NCBI GenBank assembly: GCA_002787815.1
Contig: PCUY01000075.1
Span: 11,406-75,405 of the forward strand
Length of the DNA: 64,000 bases
Source of the DNA: Bacteroidetes bacterium CG12_big_fil_rev_8_21_14_0_65_60_17
GTDB taxonomy: Bacteria; Bacteroidota; Rhodothermia; Rhodothermales; UBA10348
Direction: 5' to 3'
The notes beneath the pieces are model-generated. The model made no database searches and was not told where the DNA came from. It saw only the letters and a program-made list of their open reading frames with translations. The stretch's first letter is position 1. Every line of letters starts with the position of its first letter. This document shows, one piece after another, positions 30,129 to 37,700 of the stretch. The translations under genes and the position numbers were made by a program.

Positions 30129-30952
30129 AAGACCGATTTGGACGCCTGGTTGCGGGAAGGACCTGGGCTACGCGATTGTTCTTCTTTTTCCTGCAAATGG
30201 TGTTTCTGCGGTCCTGGTACGTGCGCCGGGAGCTGCGACGCGCCGTGCAGAGAGCCGGATCCAGGCTCAGGGACGGCGAAAGGTGCATTGATGTACTGGA
30301 CGCAGGTACCGGATTCGGTCAGTTCTCCTGGTGGATGGCCCAGCGCTTCGAGCGCCTGTGCATAACGGCTGTGGATGTGAAAGAGGATTACCTGCAGGAA
30401 GCCCGCCGCCGCTTTGCCCATGCCCGGCTCGACAAGCGGGTCACGTTCAAGGTGGACGACCTCGTCGCACTTCAGGCAGACGGGCCGTTTGACCTGATTC
30501 TATCTGTCGACGTCATGGAGCACATAGAAGAAGATGAGCGGGTTTTCTCGCACTTCTTTCGTGTTCTGCGGCCCGAGGGTCAGGTAATCATAAATACACC
30601 CTCTGACCAGGGCGGGTCGGATGTGCACACCAGTGACGGGGAAAGCTTCATTTCGGAGCATGTCCGCGACGGGTATGCGCGCGCGGATCTGCGCGCAAAA
30701 CTGGAGCGCGCGGGTTTTCATGTGGACAGGATTGACTACACGTATGGAATGGCCGGATCGCTGGCGTGGAAGCTGGCCGTAAAAGTCCCCATGAGGATGC
30801 TGGGTGCGTGGTTCGGCTGGGTTGTTCTGCTGCCCCTATGGTATGCTGCCGCGCTGCCGGTCGTACTCGTACTCCACGCGGTCGATGTGAAGTTGACGAA
30901 CAAAACAGGGACAGGTCTGATAGCGGTAGCACACCGCCCACCGTCTTCGTAA
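30110..30952 (+). CDS. Class I SAM-dependent methyltransferase
   Basis: VLDAGTGFG motif I, DLILSVDVMEHI, LRPEG. Confidence 0.88.
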   Translation: MQYDPIKDRFGRLVAGRTWATRLFFFFLQMVFLRSWYVRRELRRAVQRAGSRLRDGERCIDVLDAGTGFGQFSWWMAQRFERLCITAVDVKEDYLQEARRRFAHARLDKRVTFKVDDLVALQADGPFDLILSVDVMEHIEEDERVFSHFFRVLRPEGQVIINTPSDQGGSDVHTSDGESFISEHVRDGYARADLRAKLERAGFHVDRIDYTYGMAGSLAWKLAVKVPMRMLGAWFGWVVLLPLWYAAALPVVLVLHAVDVKLTNKTGTGLIAVAHRPPSS

Positions 30953-31022
30953 TTTCCATCCCGGCGGTCCCATCCGTCTGAGCCGCCCGCATCCACCCGT
31001 CAGATCTCACCCCGGTATCACC

Positions 31023-32738
31023 GTGCAGACAAAATACATTTTTGTAACCGGGGGCGTCACGTCGTCCCTGGGCAAAGGCATCATCTGTGCCTCTCTCGGG
31101 CGGCTTCTTGAAGACCGCGGGCTGCGGGTTACCATCCAGAAGTTCGATCCCTACATCAATGTGGATCCGGGTACCATGAATCCGTACGAGCACGGCGAGG
31201 TGTATGTCACGGACGATGGTGCCGAGACTGATCTGGATCTGGGCCATTACGAGCGTTTCCTGGGCGTTCCCACGTCGCAGGCAAACAACGTGACGACCGG
31301 ACGAGTCTACCTGCAGGTCATCAACAAGGAGCGCGCCGGCGCCTACCTGGGCAAGACGGTCCAGGTCGTGCCGCACATCATCGATGAAATAAAGCATTGG
31401 ATGTTGAAGCTCGGTGAGACGGGCGATTATGATGTGATACTCACCGAAATCGGAGGCACCGTCGGCGATATCGAAGGGCAGCCGTACCTCGAGGCCATTC
31501 GCCAGTTGCGCTACGAGCTCGGTGTGAGAAACACGCTCAACATCCACTTGACACTGGTACCCTTCCTCGAGGCAGCCGGCGAGGTCAAAACAAAGCCGAC
31601 ACAGCACTCGGTCAAGACGCTGCTCTCGTTCGGCCTGCAGCCTGACATCCTGGTGTGTCGCACGGACAGGCCACTCGATACGGATGTGCGCCGCAAACTG
31701 GCTCTTTTCTGCAACGTCGACGCGGAGGCTGTCGTCGCGTCCCAGGATGCGGAATCCATCTACGAAGTCCCCCTGCTCATGCGCGAACAGGGTCTTGACA
31801 GCATTACAGCGCGGCTCCTGCGTCTGGATGAGGATTTCAAGGACCGCTTCGCCGATGCGCCGAATATGGAAGACTGGGTGGAGTTCGTTCGCCGCCTCAA
31901 AGAGCCCAGGAAGAAAGTCCGTGTGGCGCTCGTTGGCAAGTACGTGGAGCATCAGGATGCCTACAAGTCCATCAATGAAAGCTTCATTCTGGCCGGTGCC
32001 TGGATGGGTGTGCAGGTCGAAGTCCGGGAAATCCTCTCGGACCTGGTGACGCCCGAAAATGTGGATGAGTTGCTGTCGGACGTTGCAGGCGTCCTTGTGG
32101 CACCGGGTTTCGGCGAGCGGGGCATTGACGGTAAGATTGAAGCTGTCCGGTATGCACGTGAGAACGACATCCCGTTTTTCGGTATCTGCCTGGGCATGCA
32201 ATGTGCCGTCATCGAATTTGCGCGCCACGTATGCGGATGGGACGATGCGCACTCAACGGAATTCGATCCGGATACGGAGCACCCGGTCATTGATCTCATG
32301 GAAGATCAGAAGGCCATTGCCGAGAAGGGAGGGACCATGCGCCTCGGTGCCTATCGGTGCCGACTTTCCCCGGGCACGCGCGCCAGGGACATATACGGCG
32401 AGGACGAGATCAGCGAGCGGCACCGGCACCGGTATGAATTGAACAATGTCCTGCGCTACAAGCTGGTGGAGCACGGTCTGAGACTGAGCGGAATCAATCC
32501 GACCCGTGACCTGGTGGAAATCGTTGAGCTACCTGATCACCGGTGGTTCATGGGTGTGCAGTTCCATCCTGAATACCGGACAACCGTAGGGAGGCCGCAT
32601 CCGCTTTTCGAGTCGTTTCTGAAGGCCACGTTGGACCGGGCTGAGGAAACCGGGTCCACGTCGAAGCCCAAACCACCAAAGCGCCAGAAAAAGATTCACC
32701 TTGCCACGTCGCGACTGCTCAAAGGCGACGCCGAATAA
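31023..32738 (+). CDS. pyrG: CTP synthase
   Basis: TGGVTSSLGKG, KFDPYINVDPGTM, KTKPTQHSV, GICLGMQ, ERHRHRYE, QFHPE. Confidence 0.97.
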   Translation: MQTKYIFVTGGVTSSLGKGIICASLGRLLEDRGLRVTIQKFDPYINVDPGTMNPYEHGEVYVTDDGAETDLDLGHYERFLGVPTSQANNVTTGRVYLQVINKERAGAYLGKTVQVVPHIIDEIKHWMLKLGETGDYDVILTEIGGTVGDIEGQPYLEAIRQLRYELGVRNTLNIHLTLVPFLEAAGEVKTKPTQHSVKTLLSFGLQPDILVCRTDRPLDTDVRRKLALFCNVDAEAVVASQDAESIYEVPLLMREQGLDSITARLLRLDEDFKDRFADAPNMEDWVEFVRRLKEPRKKVRVALVGKYVEHQDAYKSINESFILAGAWMGVQVEVREILSDLVTPENVDELLSDVAGVLVAPGFGERGIDGKIEAVRYARENDIPFFGICLGMQCAVIEFARHVCGWDDAHSTEFDPDTEHPVIDLMEDQKAIAEKGGTMRLGAYRCRLSPGTRARDIYGEDEISERHRHRYELNNVLRYKLVEHGLRLSGINPTRDLVEIVELPDHRWFMGVQFHPEYRTTVGRPHPLFESFLKATLDRAEETGSTSKPKPPKRQKKIHLATSRLLKGDAE

Positions 32739-33402
32739 CGAGGCCCGCGCGACCCACGATGGGCCATGAGGGTTCCGGGCCCGGGCCTGGCGTCGGGCCC
32801 GGGCGTACCTTCAAGTCCGTGCGTGGTGTAGTTGGATCGGCAGCCGTGAGTATCAGGCGGTCTCCGTAGCGTTGCAGTCGACGTACGGTGAACTGCCTGT
32901 TCAGCGCATGGATAATGAGATTCCCGCCCGGAATATCGCCGGATGACTCGGGCCAGCCCACGATGATGTCGTGCTTCTGTATGCCGTCGCGCGCCATGCT
33001 GTCGTCGGGCATGGTGATGTACGCCAACGTTTTGCCCTCGGCCTCGGCCGGCAGCATCTGCCTGTCTACCCAATATCCTTCCCGGGGATCGGGCCAGCCC
33101 GCACCGCGCGGAGCGGCAGCTTCCGGTATGAAGATGAGCCGGTTGGCAGGCGCGTCCCCACGGCTCCCCACCACGCGGATACCCCTCGCCGTTCCTTCTT
33201 CCACGTCTACATGTCCCTTGCGCTCCAGCTGAGCAACGAGCTTGACGGCACTTGTAACGCTGCGTACATCGAGTCTGTTTGCCAACTCCCTGTATGTGGG
33301 AGAGCGCCCATCCTCTGCAATGTGTGTTTCAATGGCGCGAAGGGCATCCCGCTGCCGCGTACTGAGAGCGCTTCTGTCGGGTGCAACATGATCTCCAAAC
33401 AT
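32719..33402 (-). CDS. lexA: LexA-family repressor (winged HTH + S24 domain) with the catalytic Lys replaced by Arg
   Basis: LSTRQ...SPTYRELA..L..RS......LERKG....GTARGIR; A101-G102-W-P; DS135M; TVR174R where LexA normally has TVKR. Confidence 0.8.
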   Translation of the reverse strand: MFGDHVAPDRSALSTRQRDALRAIETHIAEDGRSPTYRELANRLDVRSVTSAVKLVAQLERKGHVDVEEGTARGIRVVGSRGDAPANRLIFIPEAAAPRGAGWPDPREGYWVDRQMLPAEAEGKTLAYITMPDDSMARDGIQKHDIIVGWPESSGDIPGGNLIIHALNRQFTVRRLQRYGDRLILTAADPTTPRTDLKVRPGPTPGPGPEPSWPIVGRAGLVIRRRL

Positions 33403-33403
33403 G

Positions 33404-33419
33404 GTGTAAATATATACAC
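33404..33419. promoter_or_regulatory. Candidate LexA-type operator 1, GTGTA-N6-TACAC
   Basis: gtgtaaatatatacac, 1 bp from the lexA start codon. Confidence 0.7.
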
Positions 33420-33434
33420 TTTTTATTGTGACAG

Positions 33435-33450
33435 GTGTACTTATATACAC
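33435..33450. promoter_or_regulatory. Candidate LexA-type operator 2, GTGTA-N6-TACAC
   Basis: gtgtacttatatacac, 31 bp from operator 1. Confidence 0.7.
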
Positions 33451-33459
33451 TAATTTACG

Positions 33460-33492
33460 TTATGCACACGTTATAAACTCGTTATCCACACG
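33460..33492 (+). promoter_or_regulatory. Array of three DnaA-box-like 9-mers with 11-bp period
   Basis: TTATGCACA-cg, TTATAAACT-cg, TTATCCACA-cg; the first and third match TTATNCACA. Confidence 0.7.
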
Positions 33493-33553
33493 GTAAAATG
33501 TCAAAAAGCGACCTCATCCGGTTGAAAACGAGCTTTTCCGTGACAGAGTGGCC

Positions 33554-33581
33554 TTGACTTTCGGACTTAAAGATGTACATT
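33554..33581 (+). promoter_or_regulatory. Sigma70-type promoter of the mraZ/dcw operon
   Basis: TTGACT-N16-TACATT. Confidence 0.6.
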
Positions 33582-33590
33582 AGCTGTATG

Positions 33591-33610
33591 GTGGGGAAAT
33601 GTGGGGAATA
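33591..33610 (+). promoter_or_regulatory. MraZ-binding direct repeats
   Basis: GTGGGGAAAT GTGGGGAATA, 10-bp period just downstream of the -10, like known GTGG/TGGG MraZ boxes. Confidence 0.7.
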
Positions 33611-33700
33611 CTCCCATGTCTGGTTCACATGCGACCAGACGCACATGCACGCCCACCCACACCCACGTACACATGCCAAACGGCATTTCGATTGCACACC

Positions 33701-34150
33701 ATGGCTCGTTTCAAGGGACAGGCTGAATACTCCGTCGACGCCAAAGGACGGGTTGCCATTCCGGCCAAGATGCGGGCCGCACTGAGTCCGGATGCGCAGC
33801 AGACATTTACGCTGACGAAAGGCTTTGAGCAGTGCATCTACGTGTACCCTCTCGACGAGTGGCGCATCCAGGAGGACAAGCTGGCCAGACTCAACAGTTA
33901 CGATCGGGAGTCGCGGCTGCTCGTGCGCATGATGCTCATGTGGGCCGAGGAAATTTCGCTCGATGGTCAGGGACGCGTATCCGTTCCCCGGACGCTCTCC
34001 GATTACGCAGGACTGAAGGACCGCGCGCTGATCATTGGTGCCATTGACCGAATTGAAATCTGGGATCCGGTCGTCTTCGAGGACTACCTCGCCGGGGCGT
34101 CCTCGAATCCTGAGGAGTTGGCTGAGCGCGTCATGGGGTCGGGACCATGA
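33701..34150 (+). CDS. mraZ: Transcriptional regulator MraZ
   Basis: FKGQAEYSVDAKGRV.IP and second repeat LDGQGRV.VP; IGAIDRIEIW. Confidence 0.95.
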   Translation: MARFKGQAEYSVDAKGRVAIPAKMRAALSPDAQQTFTLTKGFEQCIYVYPLDEWRIQEDKLARLNSYDRESRLLVRMMLMWAEEISLDGQGRVSVPRTLSDYAGLKDRALIIGAIDRIEIWDPVVFEDYLAGASSNPEELAERVMGSGP

Positions 34151-34171
34151 CGCTACGCGCGGGCAATATCC

Positions 34172-35107
34172 ATGCTTGATTACGCTACGCCATATCACGC
34201 ACCTGTTCTTTGTCATTCTGTTGCTGACCGACTCATCACGGACCCCGATGGTGTGTATGTCGATGCGACGCTGGGCGGAGGAGGACATACGCACGCGCTG
34301 TTTGATGCGCTGGGCGACGAGGCGCGTGTGATAGGCCTGGACCGCGATCCGGAGGCACTCGAAACGGCCACGGCACGGCTTGAATCGGCTGGATACGGCG
34401 ACCGGTTCATGCCGGTACGAGGCACGTTTTCAGACATGGAGGAAGTGATCCGGGCGGAGGGCCTGCAAAGCGTATCCGGCATCCTCATGGACCTGGGCGT
34501 TTCGTCCCATCAACTGGACGACGGGCAGCGGGGCTTCAGCCACCGCCTGTCAGGACCGCTCGACATGCGCATGGACCAGACGAGCGGCGAACCGGCTTCG
34601 GCATTCCTGGACAAGATGGACGAGGCTGAACTGGCCCGCGTGCTTCGTGTCTGGGGGGAGGAACCGATGGCCGGACGAATGGCACGTGCCATTCTGAGGG
34701 GGCGCCCCTTGCGCAGTACGACCGATCTGGCCGACGTCATCCGCGAGGAGGTGCCGCCGCACAAGGTTTCCAAGTCATTGGCTCGCGTTTTCCAGGCTCT
34801 GCGTATCGCCGTCAACGGGGAAATGGACGAATTGCGGCGCGCACTGGAGGCTGCCACAAGCCTGGTTGCTCCGGGCGGGCGACTCGCCGTCATCAGTTAC
34901 CACTCGCTCGAGGACCGACCCGTGAAGCGCTACCTGCGCAGCGGCCATTTTGACGGTGAAATCCGTCGGGACCTGTACGGCAACGCGCTCTCTCCCTGGC
35001 GGGACGTGACGCGGGGCGCCATCATGGCCGATGAAACGGAAACAGCAACGAACCCGAGAGCCCGGAGCGCGCGACTGCGCGTTGCCGAGCGCACTACCTG
35101 CACCTGA
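34172..35107 (+). CDS. rsmH: 16S rRNA m4C1402 methyltransferase RsmH (MraW)
   Basis: HAPVL, DATLGGGGH, DLGVSSHQLD, FQALRIAVN.E, ISYHSLEDR, NPRARSARLR. Confidence 0.96.
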   Translation: MLDYATPYHAPVLCHSVADRLITDPDGVYVDATLGGGGHTHALFDALGDEARVIGLDRDPEALETATARLESAGYGDRFMPVRGTFSDMEEVIRAEGLQSVSGILMDLGVSSHQLDDGQRGFSHRLSGPLDMRMDQTSGEPASAFLDKMDEAELARVLRVWGEEPMAGRMARAILRGRPLRSTTDLADVIREEVPPHKVSKSLARVFQALRIAVNGEMDELRRALEAATSLVAPGGRLAVISYHSLEDRPVKRYLRSGHFDGEIRRDLYGNALSPWRDVTRGAIMADETETATNPRARSARLRVAERTTCT

Positions 35108-35130
35108 CCCAACGTGAATAGATCCTGATC

Positions 35131-35688
35131 ATGGCCAAACGCCGAAGCATATCGACCCGAACGCGTTCGAAAACGAAACGCACCGAGACGAGTGCGCCCT
35201 CGAAGCGCACGGCGCGCTTTGTGAAAGCGTCGAGCGCGAAGCAGAATGGAGCCACACGGTCCCGTGCAGTCCGTGATGAACCGGCGCGCGCGGCCCGGCC
35301 GCGTACGCGCAGCCGCCGCACCGCGGCCGTCAGGAATCCGGAAGAGGTAACCTGGAAGGACCTGGCCACCGACAATGAAAAAGGACGCTCGGCGGCGGGT
35401 CGCGCCTCGACCGTCATGGGCGGCGTCTCGACGGTACGGTTCGTTGCTGGCGTCCTGGCCGTGCTCGTCCTGGTAACGCTCTACGTCGGACACGTCCATG
35501 CCACACGCGGGCTGACACAGGCTGTACAGGAACTGCGCCGTGAACGGCTCGAACTGCAACTGGAGCTCAATCGCGTGAGCGGGGATTACGAACGGAAAAC
35601 CGGACACACGAATATTGCCTCCCGGGCCCGGGGGCTCGGTCTGGTGGAAGCCGTCCCTGAAGGCAAGCCCATCGTTGTCGATCCATGA
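35131..35688 (+). CDS. ftsL: Cell division protein FtsL-like with a long basic N-terminus
   Basis: Position between rsmH and ftsI; single TM, coiled coil (VQELRRERLELQLEL), IASRARGLGL. Confidence 0.7.
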   Translation: MAKRRSISTRTRSKTKRTETSAPSKRTARFVKASSAKQNGATRSRAVRDEPARAARPRTRSRRTAAVRNPEEVTWKDLATDNEKGRSAAGRASTVMGGVSTVRFVAGVLAVLVLVTLYVGHVHATRGLTQAVQELRRERLELQLELNRVSGDYERKTGHTNIASRARGLGLVEAVPEGKPIVVDP

Positions 35689-37700
35689 CGCCGCGCGACT
35701 CCATATCGTCCCGGATGTACGTGGTCGCGACGTTGATCACACTGTTGCCGGTCGTACTGGCTGCACGTGCCGTGCATATTTCACTCATTGACGGTCCGGC
35801 GCTGCGTTCCCGGGTGGAAACGCAATCCACGTCGAGCATATCCATTGCGGCCATGCGCGGTAGCATTGACGATGCCGCCGGCCGCAGCCTGGCGGTGAAC
35901 GTGAGGACCTGGACGCTTGCCGTGGACCCGACGACGAAGGCGGCGCGGGCGGACATGGCGGCCTGGAGCGCAGACATAGCCCGCGCCGCCAACCTCCCCG
36001 TTTCCAGCGTACGCCGCAAGATCGGGAACAGGAGCAGCACACAGTATGCCGTCATAGCACGGGGTATTGAATTGCCGAAGGAGCAGATGGATGCGCTCCG
36101 CGCCATGGATGGGGTCAGGCTCGAGGAGGGTTTTGACAGGAAGTACCATCATGGAACGGCGACAGCCCACGTACTTGGGCACGTGGACACGGACCTGCGG
36201 GGCATTTCCGGACTGGAACTGCTCTACGACGAGTTGCTGACCGGTACGCCGGGGCGCCAGGAAGTACGCCGCGACCGGATGAACCGCCGCTCATTCGATG
36301 TCGGCCTGGCGCGCGTCGAACCCCGGCACGGAGAATCGATTGTTCTCACGATCGATCTCGTCATGCAGGAAATCATGGAGCAGGAACTGGCCAGGGGCGT
36401 GGAGGCGGCAGGTGCCAACTGGGGCGTCGCCGTGGCCATGGATCCCCGGTCGGGGGCCATTCTCGGTATGGCCAACTGGCCGACGTATGACCCCAACAAT
36501 CCTGGTTCCCATCCGATGGCCGCACAGCGCAATCATGCCATCAACGACTTGATTGAGCCGGGCTCCACGTTCAAACTGATTGCAGCAGTTGCAGCCGTCG
36601 AATCGGGACGGATGTCGCTGGCAGATACGGTCGATACCGGCGTCGGCGTGGAGGTGCGTAGCGGCTATGAACTGCGGGACACGCACATGCTTGGACGCGT
36701 TACCTTCCGCGAAGTCATCCAGGAGTCCAGCAATATCGGCATGGCACACATAGCCGATCGACTCGACCGCGGTCGCTTCTACGCCTATGCCCGGGATTTC
36801 GGGTTCGACCAACCAACCTGGGTTGACCTTCCCGGAGAGGAATCGGGGCGTGTGAAGCACCCCGACAGATGGTCTGCCACTACACCCTCGGCACTCAGCC
36901 GCGGCTACGAAATACAGGTCACGCCATTGCAGATGCTGGCCGCCTACGCATCGCTCGCCAATCGAGGGGTGCTCGTTCGGCCATACGTGGTGCAGGCCCG
37001 CTACGACGCCGAGGGCCGTCTCGTGTGGCGGGCGGAAACCGAAGAGGTACGGCGCGTATTCACGCGCGAAACGGCCGAGGCCCTGATACCGGCATTCGAA
37101 GCCGTGGTGGACTCGGGAACAGCTACACAGGCACGCCTGGAATCGGTCCGCGTAGCCGGCAAGACCGGTACCGCGTCCAAATACATCAACGGCGGCTACT
37201 CCCGGACGCGCTACCGCGCCACGTTCGCCGGATTCTTTCCGGTCGAGGATCCCACGGTGGCGATGATCGTGATCATGGATGAGCCGCGCTCGAGTATCTA
37301 CGGCGGCGCGGTCTCTGCGCCGGTATTCCGCAATATCGCCTCGCGTTGGCTGTCGGCCTTTCCGCAGCTGGGTTCCGCGCCCGCTGTCGACGCGCCCGGT
37401 GCGGATGCGCCCACGCCCGACGTACGAGTGCCCGACAGAGCCGATCCCGACAGAGCTGATCTCACCGATCCGAGACCGGTCGTGGCGTCCCTGTCCGGGC
37501 AAACGGCGCCGGTCACCGAGGTCTCGCTGGAAGAAGGGCGCATGCCGGACCTGCGGGGACTCAGTGCTCGCCAGGCCGTGGCGCTCGTCATGAGCGCCGG
37601 TGGCCAAGTCACGCTTTCCGGAGAGGGCGTCGTGCGCGAGCAGTGGCCGGCGCCGGGAGCCGAAATGGCTTCGAGAGCAAGACTGGTGCTGCGGCCATGA
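35685..37700 (+). CDS. ftsI: Peptidoglycan D,D-transpeptidase FtsI (PBP3) with C-terminal PASTA domain
   Basis: RGSI.D, GLEL.YD..L.G, EPGSTFK (SxxK), SSN, KTGT; PASTA MPDLRGLS.RQA. Confidence 0.93.
   Translation: MTPRDSISSRMYVVATLITLLPVVLAARAVHISLIDGPALRSRVETQSTSSISIAAMRGSIDDAAGRSLAVNVRTWTLAVDPTTKAARADMAAWSADIARAANLPVSSVRRKIGNRSSTQYAVIARGIELPKEQMDALRAMDGVRLEEGFDRKYHHGTATAHVLGHVDTDLRGISGLELLYDELLTGTPGRQEVRRDRMNRRSFDVGLARVEPRHGESIVLTIDLVMQEIMEQELARGVEAAGANWGVAVAMDPRSGAILGMANWPTYDPNNPGSHPMAAQRNHAINDLIEPGSTFKLIAAVAAVESGRMSLADTVDTGVGVEVRSGYELRDTHMLGRVTFREVIQESSNIGMAHIADRLDRGRFYAYARDFGFDQPTWVDLPGEESGRVKHPDRWSATTPSALSRGYEIQVTPLQMLAAYASLANRGVLVRPYVVQARYDAEGRLVWRAETEEVRRVFTRETAEALIPAFEAVVDSGTATQARLESVRVAGKTGTASKYINGGYSRTRYRATFAGFFPVEDPTVAMIVIMDEPRSSIYGGAVSAPVFRNIASRWLSAFPQLGSAPAVDAPGADAPTPDVRVPDRADPDRADLTDPRPVVASLSGQTAPVTEVSLEEGRMPDLRGLSARQAVALVMSAGGQVTLSGEGVVREQWPAPGAEMASRARLVLRP
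37431..37460 (+). repeat. In-frame 15-nt tandem repeat in the FtsI linker (PDRAD x2)
   Basis: cccgacagagccgat cccgacagagctgat. Confidence 0.75.

Noticed and set aside
33404-33540. Replication origin (oriC)
   Set aside because: Only two good DnaA boxes, no clear DUE repeats and no dnaA/dnaN/gidA nearby; a promoter-regulatory role is simpler. GC skew would be needed to decide.
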